Below are positions 7,247 to 16,341 of a stretch of DNA of 64,000 nucleotides, piece after piece. The stretch comes from Candidatus Levyibacteriota bacterium (GTDB lineage: Bacteria; Patescibacteriota; Microgenomatia; Levybacterales; UBA12049). The stretch's first letter is position 1. Each line of letters opens with the position of its first letter. Below the pieces are notes generated by a model that worked only from the letters and a program-made list of their open reading frames with translations, had not been told where the DNA came from and made no database searches. Where the stretch lies: assembly GCA_027459745.1 (NCBI GenBank), contig DAIDHL010000002.1, forward strand, positions 191,310 through 255,309, read 5' to 3'. Made by a program: the position numbers and the translations under genes.

Positions 7247-9397
7247 ATGGATAATAATCAAATTTCTGATTTTCTTAAACCTGTTTCGCCACACGATGCA
7301 TTAAAAAAATTTACTATTAATTTAACTGAAGATGCGAAACAAAATAAAACCGATCCGGTTATCGGCCGTGAAGTGGAAATTCGTCGTGTAATGGAGATTT
7401 TATCTCGTCGTACTAAAAATAATCCTATTTTAATTGGTGATCCAGGAGTGGGAAAGACAGCCATCGTGGAAGGACTAGCGCAAAAGATTGTAGATGGTAC
7501 AGTCCCGACGACCTTAAAAGACAAAGAATTGTTAGTATTGGATTTTTCCCTACTTCTGGCGGGGGCTAAGTTTCGAGGTGAGTTTGAAGAAAGATTAAAA
7601 GGTATAATTAAAGGTGTCGAAGAGTCCAATGGTAAATATATTATTTTTATCGACGAGATGCATACTTTGGTAGGAGGAGGAGCTGCAGAAGGATCTTCGG
7701 ATGCTGCCAATATTTTAAAACCATCCTTGGCTCGTGGAACCATGAGAATGATTGGTGCTACCACACTTAACGAATATCGCAAATATATTGAAAAAGATCC
7801 CGCTCTCGCCCGTCGTTTTCAACCAGTTACAGTTGATGAACCTTCAATTGCCGATACAATATCTATTCTTCGAGGAATAAAAGAAAAATATGAACTACAC
7901 CACGGCATTCGTATTACTGATAACGCAATTATTGCGGCAGCTAAGCTTTCAGTGCAGTATATCCCCCATCGTTTCCTACCAGACAAAGCGATTGATTTGA
8001 TAGATGAGGCTGCGGCTGCAATTAAGATCGAAACGGAAAGTATGCCGGCTGAATTGGATAGTTTAAAGCGTAATATAACTCAGATCGAAATTGAATTAGC
8101 AGCGTTGAAGAAAGAAAAAAATGAATTAATAAGGGCTCGTAAAATACAGCAAGAAATGGAATTAAAGAGACTGAAAGACCAAGCAGCAGCTATTGAGGCT
8201 CATTGGAATGAGCAGAAGGATTTAATTCAAAAGATTCAAGAGGTTAGAGCACAAGGTGACGCTTTGCGCATTGAATTGGAACAAGCGGAAAGAGATGTGA
8301 ATTTGCAGAAAGCAGCAGAGATAAAATATGGGAAATTACCGGAACTTGAGAAAAAGCTACATGAGCAAATGGGACAATGGGAAAAAATTTCTCCTGAAGA
8401 TAGAGTATTACGCGTGGAAGTGGATGAGGATGATATTGCCAGAGTTGTATCGCGTTGGACAGGTATCCCCGCTCAACGTATGTTGGCGTCTGAAGCTGAA
8501 AGAATCAGTTCATTGGATAAAGATTTGAAAGAGCAGATCATTGGTCAGGATGAAGCAGTAGACGTTGTTAGTCGCGCAATCAAAAGAAACCGATCCGGTT
8601 TGGGAGAAAAAAATAAACCAATTGGGACCTTTCTATTTTTAGGCCCAACTGGAGTTGGCAAAACCGAAACGGCTAAAACTATCGCCAGACAATTATTTAG
8701 TGATGAACACGCACTGATTCGCATTGATATGAGCGAATATTCACAACCTCATTCCGTTGCTCGTTTGATCGGTTCACCTCCGGGTTATATCGGTTATGAC
8801 GAAGGGGGTCAGTTGACAGAAGCAGTCCGGCGAAAACCTTATTCTGTTATACTTTTTGACGAGGTAGAAAAGGCGCATCCGGAAGTGTTCAATATTTTCT
8901 TACAGCTGTTTGACGAAGGACGTCTAACGGATGGTAAAGGTGTAACAGTAGATTTTCGTAATACTATTATTATTATGACCAGTAATATTGCAAGTGAGGT
9001 TATTGCAGAAGCTAAAGATGAAAAAGATAAAAAGAGTCTTGATGATAAAGTATGGGAAATTCTAAAACATAGTTTCCGTCCGGAGTTTTTGAATCGTTTG
9101 GATGCAGTTGTTATATATAATTCTCTCTCAGCGAAAGACATAGTCAGAATAGCTGAACAACAGTTAGAAAATGTTAAGATCCGTATGAATGAGAATAATA
9201 TCGATATGCGAACTAATGATGATGTAGCATTATGGTTTGCAGAAAAAGGTTATGATCCAGTATTTGGAGCAAGACCATTGAGGCGTTTAATCGAAGAGAA
9301 ATTAGTAGACCAGATAGCTGAGAAGATTTTGGATGGAGAGATTAAGGCAGGAGATACAATTAAACCTAGGGTAGAAGATGATAGAATAGTGGTTTGA
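7247..9397 (+). CDS. clpB: ClpB-type AAA+ disaggregase lacking the canonical N-terminal domain
   Basis: NBD1 has Walker A GDPGVGKT and Walker B IIFIDEMH. A long coiled-coil M-domain spans ELDSLKRN...KLHEQ. NBD2 has GPTGVGKTE and ILFDEVEKAH, with a sensor-2 GARPLRR. Only about 45 aa precede NBD1. Confidence 0.85.
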   Translation: MDNNQISDFLKPVSPHDALKKFTINLTEDAKQNKTDPVIGREVEIRRVMEILSRRTKNNPILIGDPGVGKTAIVEGLAQKIVDGTVPTTLKDKELLVLDFSLLLAGAKFRGEFEERLKGIIKGVEESNGKYIIFIDEMHTLVGGGAAEGSSDAANILKPSLARGTMRMIGATTLNEYRKYIEKDPALARRFQPVTVDEPSIADTISILRGIKEKYELHHGIRITDNAIIAAAKLSVQYIPHRFLPDKAIDLIDEAAAAIKIETESMPAELDSLKRNITQIEIELAALKKEKNELIRARKIQQEMELKRLKDQAAAIEAHWNEQKDLIQKIQEVRAQGDALRIELEQAERDVNLQKAAEIKYGKLPELEKKLHEQMGQWEKISPEDRVLRVEVDEDDIARVVSRWTGIPAQRMLASEAERISSLDKDLKEQIIGQDEAVDVVSRAIKRNRSGLGEKNKPIGTFLFLGPTGVGKTETAKTIARQLFSDEHALIRIDMSEYSQPHSVARLIGSPPGYIGYDEGGQLTEAVRRKPYSVILFDEVEKAHPEVFNIFLQLFDEGRLTDGKGVTVDFRNTIIIMTSNIASEVIAEAKDEKDKKSLDDKVWEILKHSFRPEFLNRLDAVVIYNSLSAKDIVRIAEQQLENVKIRMNENNIDMRTNDDVALWFAEKGYDPVFGARPLRRLIEEKLVDQIAEKILDGEIKAGDTIKPRVEDDRIVV

Positions 9398-9463
9398 TAA
9401 TTAAATAAATAAACACGTAAAGTTTAATAGTGCAAACTTTGATAGAATAAGTAATGAATATTT

Positions 9464-10066
9464 ATGAAGACTTGTAAACATTGTGGAGAGGAACTAATTA
9501 TCAAACAAACTCAGACAAAGTCATCCCAATTGCAACAGCTGTATTACTACAAAGCATATTATTTTTGTTTAAATTGTCGACGTATTTATCATGATGACAA
9601 GTTTAAGGTTATAAATCACTCTCAAGCTATGTTTAATGACCAGAATAATTTATCTGTCTCCCCTGCTGATGTTGAAATTTGGACTGACGGTGCATGTACT
9701 GGTAATGGTACGTTAGATGCTAAGGCAGCCTGGGCTTTTGTTTCCGGGAATGAAGAGCAAGCTGGTTTAGTATTAGGTAAACAAACTAATAATCGAGCAG
9801 AAGCATATGCTATTTTATATGCGTTACAGTGGGCAGCAAAAAAAGGATATAGAAATATAATTATTTACACTGATAGTCAGATATCTATATTTGGTGTTAA
9901 TAAACATTTTTCTAAGGTAAAAGTAAACCAGGATATCTTCAAAGAAATCGCTGATGTGATTAATACAAGTAAATTATTAGTTACTTATAAAAAAGTTTTA
10001 GGACATAGCGGGGATGTAAATAACGAAAGAGTAGATAAATTAGCTAATAACTTAGCTTCTCATTAA
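9464..10066 (+). CDS. rnhA: Ribonuclease HI with N-terminal CxxC...CxxC zinc ribbon
   Basis: The catalytic DEDD residues are in context: EIWTDGAC, NNRAEAYA, IYTDSQ, ERVDKLA. An N-terminal segment CKHCG..(27 aa)..CLNCRR precedes the RNase H fold. Confidence 0.7.
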   Translation: MKTCKHCGEELIIKQTQTKSSQLQQLYYYKAYYFCLNCRRIYHDDKFKVINHSQAMFNDQNNLSVSPADVEIWTDGACTGNGTLDAKAAWAFVSGNEEQAGLVLGKQTNNRAEAYAILYALQWAAKKGYRNIIIYTDSQISIFGVNKHFSKVKVNQDIFKEIADVINTSKLLVTYKKVLGHSGDVNNERVDKLANNLASH

Positions 10067-10117
10067 AAGCAACAAACCCCATAGTGCAAAAGCTATTCTT
10101 GTGGTAAAATTTGTTTT

Positions 10118-10666
10118 ATGATAAAAGAAAACCTATTAAGAATAAAATTAGCTAATAGATTTAAGTTAACAGGCATCATGGATAACGGTATTAAAAGCAG
10201 AGTAGTTCGGGAAAGAAGTTTAGTTGACAATATGAGTAGAGATGTTTTCAATACTGCACGGCAGATGGCAATTTATGCATATTCTAGTAATTCCTTATCA
10301 CAAATAGCTGAGAGTTTGCCTAAATCTCCGAAAAATCCTACTATAGCAACTTTTATTCGCCATATGCGAAAAGGTAGACCTTTAGATGAAGGTTATATTG
10401 AAAAAATAGCACAAGCAGCATTATCTGATATTGATCGTTATACAGAAAGGATTAGAGGTAGACATAGTGATGCTTTATTTTATAGAGGTATAAATACTTT
10501 TCTTTTATTATTAAGTGTGGATATCATCAATAATGAGTCAAAATTAAGGATTCATAATCAGGAATTAAAGCTCTATAAAGCTTTAACAAAAGTCTTAGCA
10601 GAGCGTATGCATCAATCCTCTGCTATAGGACAGGAGAGACTTGCTAAAATTATCTTTTCAAGCTAG
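10118..10666 (+). CDS. Hypothetical protein
   Basis: The 182-aa product is hydrophilic. No motif was recognised. Confidence 0.35.
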   Translation: MIKENLLRIKLANRFKLTGIMDNGIKSRVVRERSLVDNMSRDVFNTARQMAIYAYSSNSLSQIAESLPKSPKNPTIATFIRHMRKGRPLDEGYIEKIAQAALSDIDRYTERIRGRHSDALFYRGINTFLLLLSVDIINNESKLRIHNQELKLYKALTKVLAERMHQSSAIGQERLAKIIFSS

Positions 10667-10675
10667 GATAAAAAC

Positions 10676-11239
10676 ATGACTGCGTTTTTATTAACCCAAG
10701 GAATTTTGTTGATTATTATTATTTTCTTGCTGTATCTTCTTTCTTGGTTTTGGCCGCCAGATAGTCCATGGGCTCCTTGGTGGAGTACCGATAAAAAAAC
10801 TGCCTTGATCATGTGTAAAATGGCGAAAGTGAAAAAGAGTGACATGATATACGATTTAGGTTGCGGTGAAGGCACAGCCTTGATATCTGCAGCTAAAGAA
10901 TATGGAATCAAAGGAGTGGGAGTAGAAATCGATCCGTTGAGAGTATGGTACGCCAAAACAGCTGTTAGTTTTTCAGGCTTAAAAGATCGAATAACAATTC
11001 TTCGTAAGGATATGTTTAAAGTTAAGATTGAGGAAGCAAGCGTTGTATTTATTTATCTAGTTCCCAAAGCTATTCAAAAATTAAAACGTAAAATTCTATC
11101 TGAACTCAAGCCTGGTACGCGTTTAATTTGTTATCGTTACAAAATTCCCTATTTAAATTTGATTGCGGAGGATAAAGAAAGATTAATCTATGTTTATGAA
11201 ATTCCCAAAAAAGCCAAAAGTAGGAGCAGAATTAAATAG
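10676..11239 (+). CDS. Class I SAM-dependent methyltransferase with N-terminal membrane anchor
   Basis: Motif I DLGCGEGTALISAA and post-I VGVEID are present. The N-terminal 25 aa are hydrophobic. The substrate is unknown. Confidence 0.65.
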   Translation: MTAFLLTQGILLIIIIFLLYLLSWFWPPDSPWAPWWSTDKKTALIMCKMAKVKKSDMIYDLGCGEGTALISAAKEYGIKGVGVEIDPLRVWYAKTAVSFSGLKDRITILRKDMFKVKIEEASVVFIYLVPKAIQKLKRKILSELKPGTRLICYRYKIPYLNLIAEDKERLIYVYEIPKKAKSRSRIK

Positions 11240-11277
11240 AAATTATTCTTAAACAAGTAAATAGTAAGGGAAATAAT

Positions 11278-12306
11278 TTATTTCCTCATCCTTAAGTATA
11301 TCCACCTCAATTTGTCTGCGGCTTTTAATATTGGATACAGAAAAGGATTAATGACCAGATCATAACTTCCGATAAACTCTGTTAACTGTGGACCATATCC
11401 TTGTTTGAATCGGTGAAATCCATACCAAGGATCTTTAATATCTGGATTTGGTCCCATTGATCCCCACATATCAAACTTTTTTAAATCTTGTTGCTTGCCA
11501 AATCTTATAGCTTCCCACATCAGTAGATTACTGGCCATGGTTTCACGATTCTCACTACTGGAAGATCCATAAGGATAATAAAGAGTACCATGAAAAGTAA
11601 AAAGTACCCAAGCTGCTAAGGTTTTATTTTGGTAGTTAGCTAAAAATAGGTGATAGTTTAAATGGTTTGATGCAGATGATTTACTTGATTTTTTATTGGG
11701 AGAAAAAATAGACCACTGTAAGTGATGATATTTTTTAGTATGAGCATAAAATTTTTGTCTATTAGTTGTTTCCTGCATGATCTGCCAATACTTCTCGAAT
11801 GCATCGGCTGAATTATCTTCCACAATCTTTACCCCGTGTTTTTGAGCAACTCTAATATTATACCTGGTTTTATGATGCATGTTTTTTAATAGTTCTTCTT
11901 CTGTTTTTGTCAAATCCAAAATGAATGTATATTTTGTAAATAAGGGATGAAAAGAAGGTTGTAGAGTAGAGGTTAAAGCAGGTAGGTTATAATCTTGCAG
12001 AACATTTGGCTCTAGTTGAATATATATACATTTGTTTTCCCGGCCAATCTTGCGTAGTTCTTCTAGCATTTCCTTACTAGGTAATTCGCCTTTTGGTAAA
12101 TAACCAATAGTAAAGTTGGTATGAGGAATCTTATGGATGGTAAGTTGAAAAGCAGAAGCGAGGTGCTCATTCTCAAACAGCCCTTTTCTGACAATTTTTA
12201 TCCCTTGTGCGGCTCTAAATTCTCCCCATTCGTATGATTGCAAAGGATGCGAGACAACTGAATTGTATACATCTCGATCTTGTGATTTTATATCTTTAAA
12301 GGTCAT
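11278..12306 (-). CDS. FemAB/FemX-family aminoacyltransferase-like protein (peptidoglycan interpeptide-bridge family)
   Basis: The N-terminal PLQSYEWGEF signature of the FemABX family (QSWEW) is present. The product is 342 aa, about the size of the FemX short forms. Confidence 0.55.
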   Translation of the reverse strand: MTFKDIKSQDRDVYNSVVSHPLQSYEWGEFRAAQGIKIVRKGLFENEHLASAFQLTIHKIPHTNFTIGYLPKGELPSKEMLEELRKIGRENKCIYIQLEPNVLQDYNLPALTSTLQPSFHPLFTKYTFILDLTKTEEELLKNMHHKTRYNIRVAQKHGVKIVEDNSADAFEKYWQIMQETTNRQKFYAHTKKYHHLQWSIFSPNKKSSKSSASNHLNYHLFLANYQNKTLAAWVLFTFHGTLYYPYGSSSSENRETMASNLLMWEAIRFGKQQDLKKFDMWGSMGPNPDIKDPWYGFHRFKQGYGPQLTEFIGSYDLVINPFLYPILKAADKLRWIYLRMRK

Positions 12307-12356
12307 AAAAGTATTATAGCAGGATAGGTCGGATTATCAGTTATGAATAAAATTAT

Positions 12357-14294
12357 TTATAAATAATCAGGTAGCTCGTCTTTCTTGCGAAGTTTAACGA
12401 ATTCTTCAGAAATAACGTGCTCAGGTAACTCTAAAATAAAACGCGAAACTGTATTATTGGATCGTTGACCAAAAAACATACGCCTTCGGGCGTAGGTTAA
12501 ATAAAGTTTCTTTTTAGCTCGCGTAATACCTACGTAAGCTAGTCTACGCTCCTCTTCTAACTCATCTTTATCCATCAGACTGCGACTATGTGGAAATATC
12601 CCTTCTTCCATCCCTATCATAAACACATTTTCAAACTCTAATCCCTTAGCTGCGTGTAGTGTCATTAGGGTTACTGCATTTTGTTTTCCTGTTTTTTGTG
12701 GCTCACTAGAGTATTCTTGTTCAACTAAGGCTATATTTTCTAAAAAATCTGTAATATTAGGAAAAGTGATAGCAACGGAGCGTAATTCTTTAATGTTTTC
12801 TAGGCGCATAGCATCTTCCTCGATATTCTTATCATAAAAGTTGAGATATTCGGTGGCTCTTAATGTATCATCTAGTAAATCAATAGTCGTAAGTTTATCT
12901 TGTGGATCTTTAGCTTCTGGTACTTTTTCTTCTAACCACGCTACTGATTCCTCAAAACTAACCGACGAAGTATCATTATTGAAGACAGGTTTTTCTAGGA
13001 TTTGCTTTTGAAACTCCAAGAATTTTTTTAGTCTAGTCTTGCCAAGTTTTTCGATTCGTTTGTAGGCTACTAAATCATTGGGGTTTATCAAATAACGTAA
13101 ATACGATATAACATCCTTGATTTCTTTTCTTTCATAGAATCTAGTACCTCCGATTAATAAATATGGAATTGCATGATGTAGGAATGCCTCCTCGATCACG
13201 CGTGATTGAGCATTAGTACGATATAGTACTGCAATCGAATGTAGGTTTTTTTCTCCGATTTCTTGAATTGTTTGCACAATAAAATCTGCTTCTTCCTGTT
13301 CATTCAACCCCTCATAAATAATAATCTCTTCACCCTGTGGATTTTCCGTCCATAGTTTGAGCACTGGGTGAGATTTGTTATGACTGATAATGGTAGATGC
13401 TGCATCGAGGATCATTTGTGTGGACCGATAATTTTGATCTAGAGAAAATGTTTTGGAATGTGGATAATCTGATTGGAACCGCATTAAATTACGATAATCT
13501 GCTCCTCGCCAGGAGTAAATGCTTTGTGAAAAATCCCCAACTACGCAAATGTTTTTCCATTTCTCAGATAAAAGCTTAGTTAATACATATTGTGCACGGT
13601 TAGTATCCTGATATTCGTCAACTAAAATATATTTAAATTTATTTTGATATTTTTCCAACAAGGATGGATTGGTTTTAAATAAGTCTACGGTTTTAAAAAT
13701 TAAGTCGTCAAAGTCTACGGCATCAGCTTCTTTAAGAATTTGTTGATATAGGGGGTAAATTTGGCCTACTTTATTTTGAAAAATACCCCTAGCAAAATTA
13801 GCATAATCCTGAGGTCCTAGTAGCTCGTTTTTTGCCTGAGAGATGGCCCATAAGACTGAATTGGGTTTAAAATCTTTTTGAGAAATATCCAAGCGTTGCA
13901 TAGCTTCTTTTACTGCTTCCAGACGATCTTGATCATCATAGATGACATATGTATTTGACAAACCAACATATTTTCCTTCAATACGCAGAATACGTGCACA
14001 AAAAGAATGAAAAGTTGAAACAAAAGGGATACGTCTGGTGGTTTTAAGGGTTTTATTTTGTGTAAAATATTTGATAATTCTTTCCTTCATCTCTTTTGCT
14101 GCCTTGTTGGTAAAAGTAATCATCAAAATGTCTTCGGGGGAGACTTGTTTTTCCAATATTAAGTACATGACTTTATAGGTAAGAACCCGGGTTTTACCTG
14201 AACCAGCGCCGGCGAGAATTATCATCGGTCCGTCTGTTTGTATGACGGCTTTTTGTTGCGCTGGGTTTAGTTCCTTGAGCAGGTCATTAGTCAT
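12357..14294 (-). CDS. pcrA: ATP-dependent DNA helicase PcrA/UvrD (SF1)
   Basis: Walker A AGAGSGKTRVLT is present. The SF1 motifs II-VI follow (DEYQDTN, VVGDFSQSIY, LDQNYRS, TLHAAKGLEF). The product is 645 aa. Confidence 0.8.
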   Translation of the reverse strand: MTNDLLKELNPAQQKAVIQTDGPMIILAGAGSGKTRVLTYKVMYLILEKQVSPEDILMITFTNKAAKEMKERIIKYFTQNKTLKTTRRIPFVSTFHSFCARILRIEGKYVGLSNTYVIYDDQDRLEAVKEAMQRLDISQKDFKPNSVLWAISQAKNELLGPQDYANFARGIFQNKVGQIYPLYQQILKEADAVDFDDLIFKTVDLFKTNPSLLEKYQNKFKYILVDEYQDTNRAQYVLTKLLSEKWKNICVVGDFSQSIYSWRGADYRNLMRFQSDYPHSKTFSLDQNYRSTQMILDAASTIISHNKSHPVLKLWTENPQGEEIIIYEGLNEQEEADFIVQTIQEIGEKNLHSIAVLYRTNAQSRVIEEAFLHHAIPYLLIGGTRFYERKEIKDVISYLRYLINPNDLVAYKRIEKLGKTRLKKFLEFQKQILEKPVFNNDTSSVSFEESVAWLEEKVPEAKDPQDKLTTIDLLDDTLRATEYLNFYDKNIEEDAMRLENIKELRSVAITFPNITDFLENIALVEQEYSSEPQKTGKQNAVTLMTLHAAKGLEFENVFMIGMEEGIFPHSRSLMDKDELEEERRLAYVGITRAKKKLYLTYARRRMFFGQRSNNTVSRFILELPEHVISEEFVKLRKKDELPDYL

Positions 14295-14402
14295 GATATA
14301 ATAAAATTATCAAAGGAGGCAAAGATATCAAATGTACCAAAGAAAAATTATTTTTGATACTGCTGATACCTTCACTGTCTTTTGTTGTTGTATTTTATCA
14401 TA

Positions 14403-15086
14403 ATGAAACAAATTTTTATTGTTGCGAATTGGAAAGCCAATAATATATTAGTCAAGGAGTGGGTAGAACGGTTTGAAGTTCAAATTGCAAACCTAGACTC
14501 TCTAAACAATAAAAAGGTAATTATTTGTCCTCCGTTTACTTTATTATCAGAATTAAGATTTTTAATTCACCAAAGAAATCTGGAATTGCAGTTAGGAGCA
14601 CAAAATATTTCAAGCTTCACTCCAGGTCCCTACACGGGTGAAGAGACAGCTGAGATGATTAAAGAGTTTGTCCAATATGTTATCATCGGTCATTCAGAAA
14701 GAAGGGCGATGGGGGAAACCGAGAAAGGAATAGATGCTAAATTAAAAGAAGCAAAAAAAGCTAATATAATTCCTATGTTATGTGTATCAAAGCTAGAGGA
14801 GATTGAAGCACAACATACAAATCTTCAAAATGACAAGAGAATATTAGTAGCATTTGAGCCATTGCAAGCTATTGGCTCAGGCAATCCCGATACTCCTGAA
14901 CACGCTAATGATTTTGCAATTTCAGTAAGAAAAATAGTAGGCGATGAGAGAAATGTCTTATATGGTGGAAGTGTGAAGGGTGACAATGTAAATTTGTTTA
15001 CTGCTCAGGAAAATATTAATGGTGTTTTGGTCGGAGGTGCAAGCTTGAAAGCAGACAGCTTCATAGAGATAATTAAAAACTCTTAA
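14403..15086 (+). CDS. tpiA: Triose-phosphate isomerase
   Basis: The TIM signature motifs are present: ANWKAN, IGHSERR, VLYGGSV, GVLVGGASLK. The start is chosen at the ATG that gives MKQIFIVANWK. Confidence 0.8.
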   Translation: MKQIFIVANWKANNILVKEWVERFEVQIANLDSLNNKKVIICPPFTLLSELRFLIHQRNLELQLGAQNISSFTPGPYTGEETAEMIKEFVQYVIIGHSERRAMGETEKGIDAKLKEAKKANIIPMLCVSKLEEIEAQHTNLQNDKRILVAFEPLQAIGSGNPDTPEHANDFAISVRKIVGDERNVLYGGSVKGDNVNLFTAQENINGVLVGGASLKADSFIEIIKNS

Positions 15087-15148
15087 AAATATTAATTTAA
15101 TTGTTAATTATTTATTAATCATTTATACTAAATACTTATTATCTGCAT

Positions 15149-16312
15149 ATGCGTCGTCGTCGTAATCGTGTTGCTAAATTTTTAGGATTGATTATTATAT
15201 TAGTTTTTTTTGCTGTTATTGCACTTGTCGTAGGTTATATATTGCCCTTTTTTGTCCAATACGGTAAGCCAGGAATTCATATTCCCAAAACCACTCCCGA
15301 TAATAGAATAACCTTCTTATTTCTAGGTATCGGAGGAGGAAACCATGATGGGCCACTATTAACAGACACTATTCAATTTGCCAGTGTGGATGTCAAACAT
15401 AATACGATCGATTTAATTTCTGTCCCAAGGGACTTGTGGAACCCTGCTATAAGTCAAAAGATAAATGCTACTTATGCTTTGGCTGAACAAAATCAGACAG
15501 GTAGTGGTTTAGCTGCCGCTAAATCAATAATAAGTAACGTTTTAGGTCAGTCAATAGATTATGGTTTTCGTATTGATTTTAATGGGTTTGTGAAAGCAGT
15601 CGATGAGATGGGAGGAATTGACGTGCATGTGGCTAGGACTTTGGATGACTATGCGTATCCAATTGATTCTATGACTGACGCTACATGTGGACATACCTCA
15701 CAGGAAGTGATTGATTTAACGGCCCAGGAAGCTACAGGTAGTGCTACAGATCCTCAAGCTTTTCCTTGTCGATATATGCACTTGCATGTTCCGGTGGGAT
15801 TAGTACATATGGATGGACAACTCGCTCTGGAATTTGCCCGGTCTCGTCACGCTATGGGTGTTGAAGGAACTGATTTTGCTCGTTCAGCCCGTCAGCAAGA
15901 GATCATTGAAGCTATTAGGGCTAAGTTACTTTCTACGGGCATGCTTCTAAATCCAGGCAAAATGATAGCATTATTTAATATTGTGAGATCCAGTATTGAT
16001 ACAGATATTAATACCAACGAAATTCCTGATTTTATTAAGCTTGCACAACAACTAAAATCTGCTACGATTCATAGCTATGTTATTGATTATTCCGATGACC
16101 CTAATGATCCGGGTAACTTATTAATCCAAGGTAATGCTAATGATTTTGGTGGTGCTTATGCACTTGAGCCTAGAGCTGGTTTTGGAAACTATTCGCAAAT
16201 CCACTCATTTGTGTTATGTAAAGTCCAGAACATTGACTGTCCCACTCCTACACCCAATCCAACCCTTGTTGCAAAAAATAAATTAACTCCAACTATAAGT
16301 ATCAAGCAGTAA
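15149..16312 (+). CDS. LCP (LytR-CpsA-Psr) family cell-envelope glycopolymer transferase
   Basis: An N-terminal TM is followed by ITFLFLGIGGGNHDGPLLTDTIQFASV...DLISVPRDLW, typical of the LCP catalytic domain. Confidence 0.75.
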   Translation: MRRRRNRVAKFLGLIIILVFFAVIALVVGYILPFFVQYGKPGIHIPKTTPDNRITFLFLGIGGGNHDGPLLTDTIQFASVDVKHNTIDLISVPRDLWNPAISQKINATYALAEQNQTGSGLAAAKSIISNVLGQSIDYGFRIDFNGFVKAVDEMGGIDVHVARTLDDYAYPIDSMTDATCGHTSQEVIDLTAQEATGSATDPQAFPCRYMHLHVPVGLVHMDGQLALEFARSRHAMGVEGTDFARSARQQEIIEAIRAKLLSTGMLLNPGKMIALFNIVRSSIDTDINTNEIPDFIKLAQQLKSATIHSYVIDYSDDPNDPGNLLIQGNANDFGGAYALEPRAGFGNYSQIHSFVLCKVQNIDCPTPTPNPTLVAKNKLTPTISIKQ

Positions 16313-16341
16313 TGTTATTAATTAAATATAGTTAGAATAAT

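Noticed and set aside
9398-9463. Hairpin AAAGTTT-n8-AAACTTT after clpB as a terminator
   Set aside because: The stem is AT-only and weak, and no T-run follows. It is not convincing as an intrinsic terminator.
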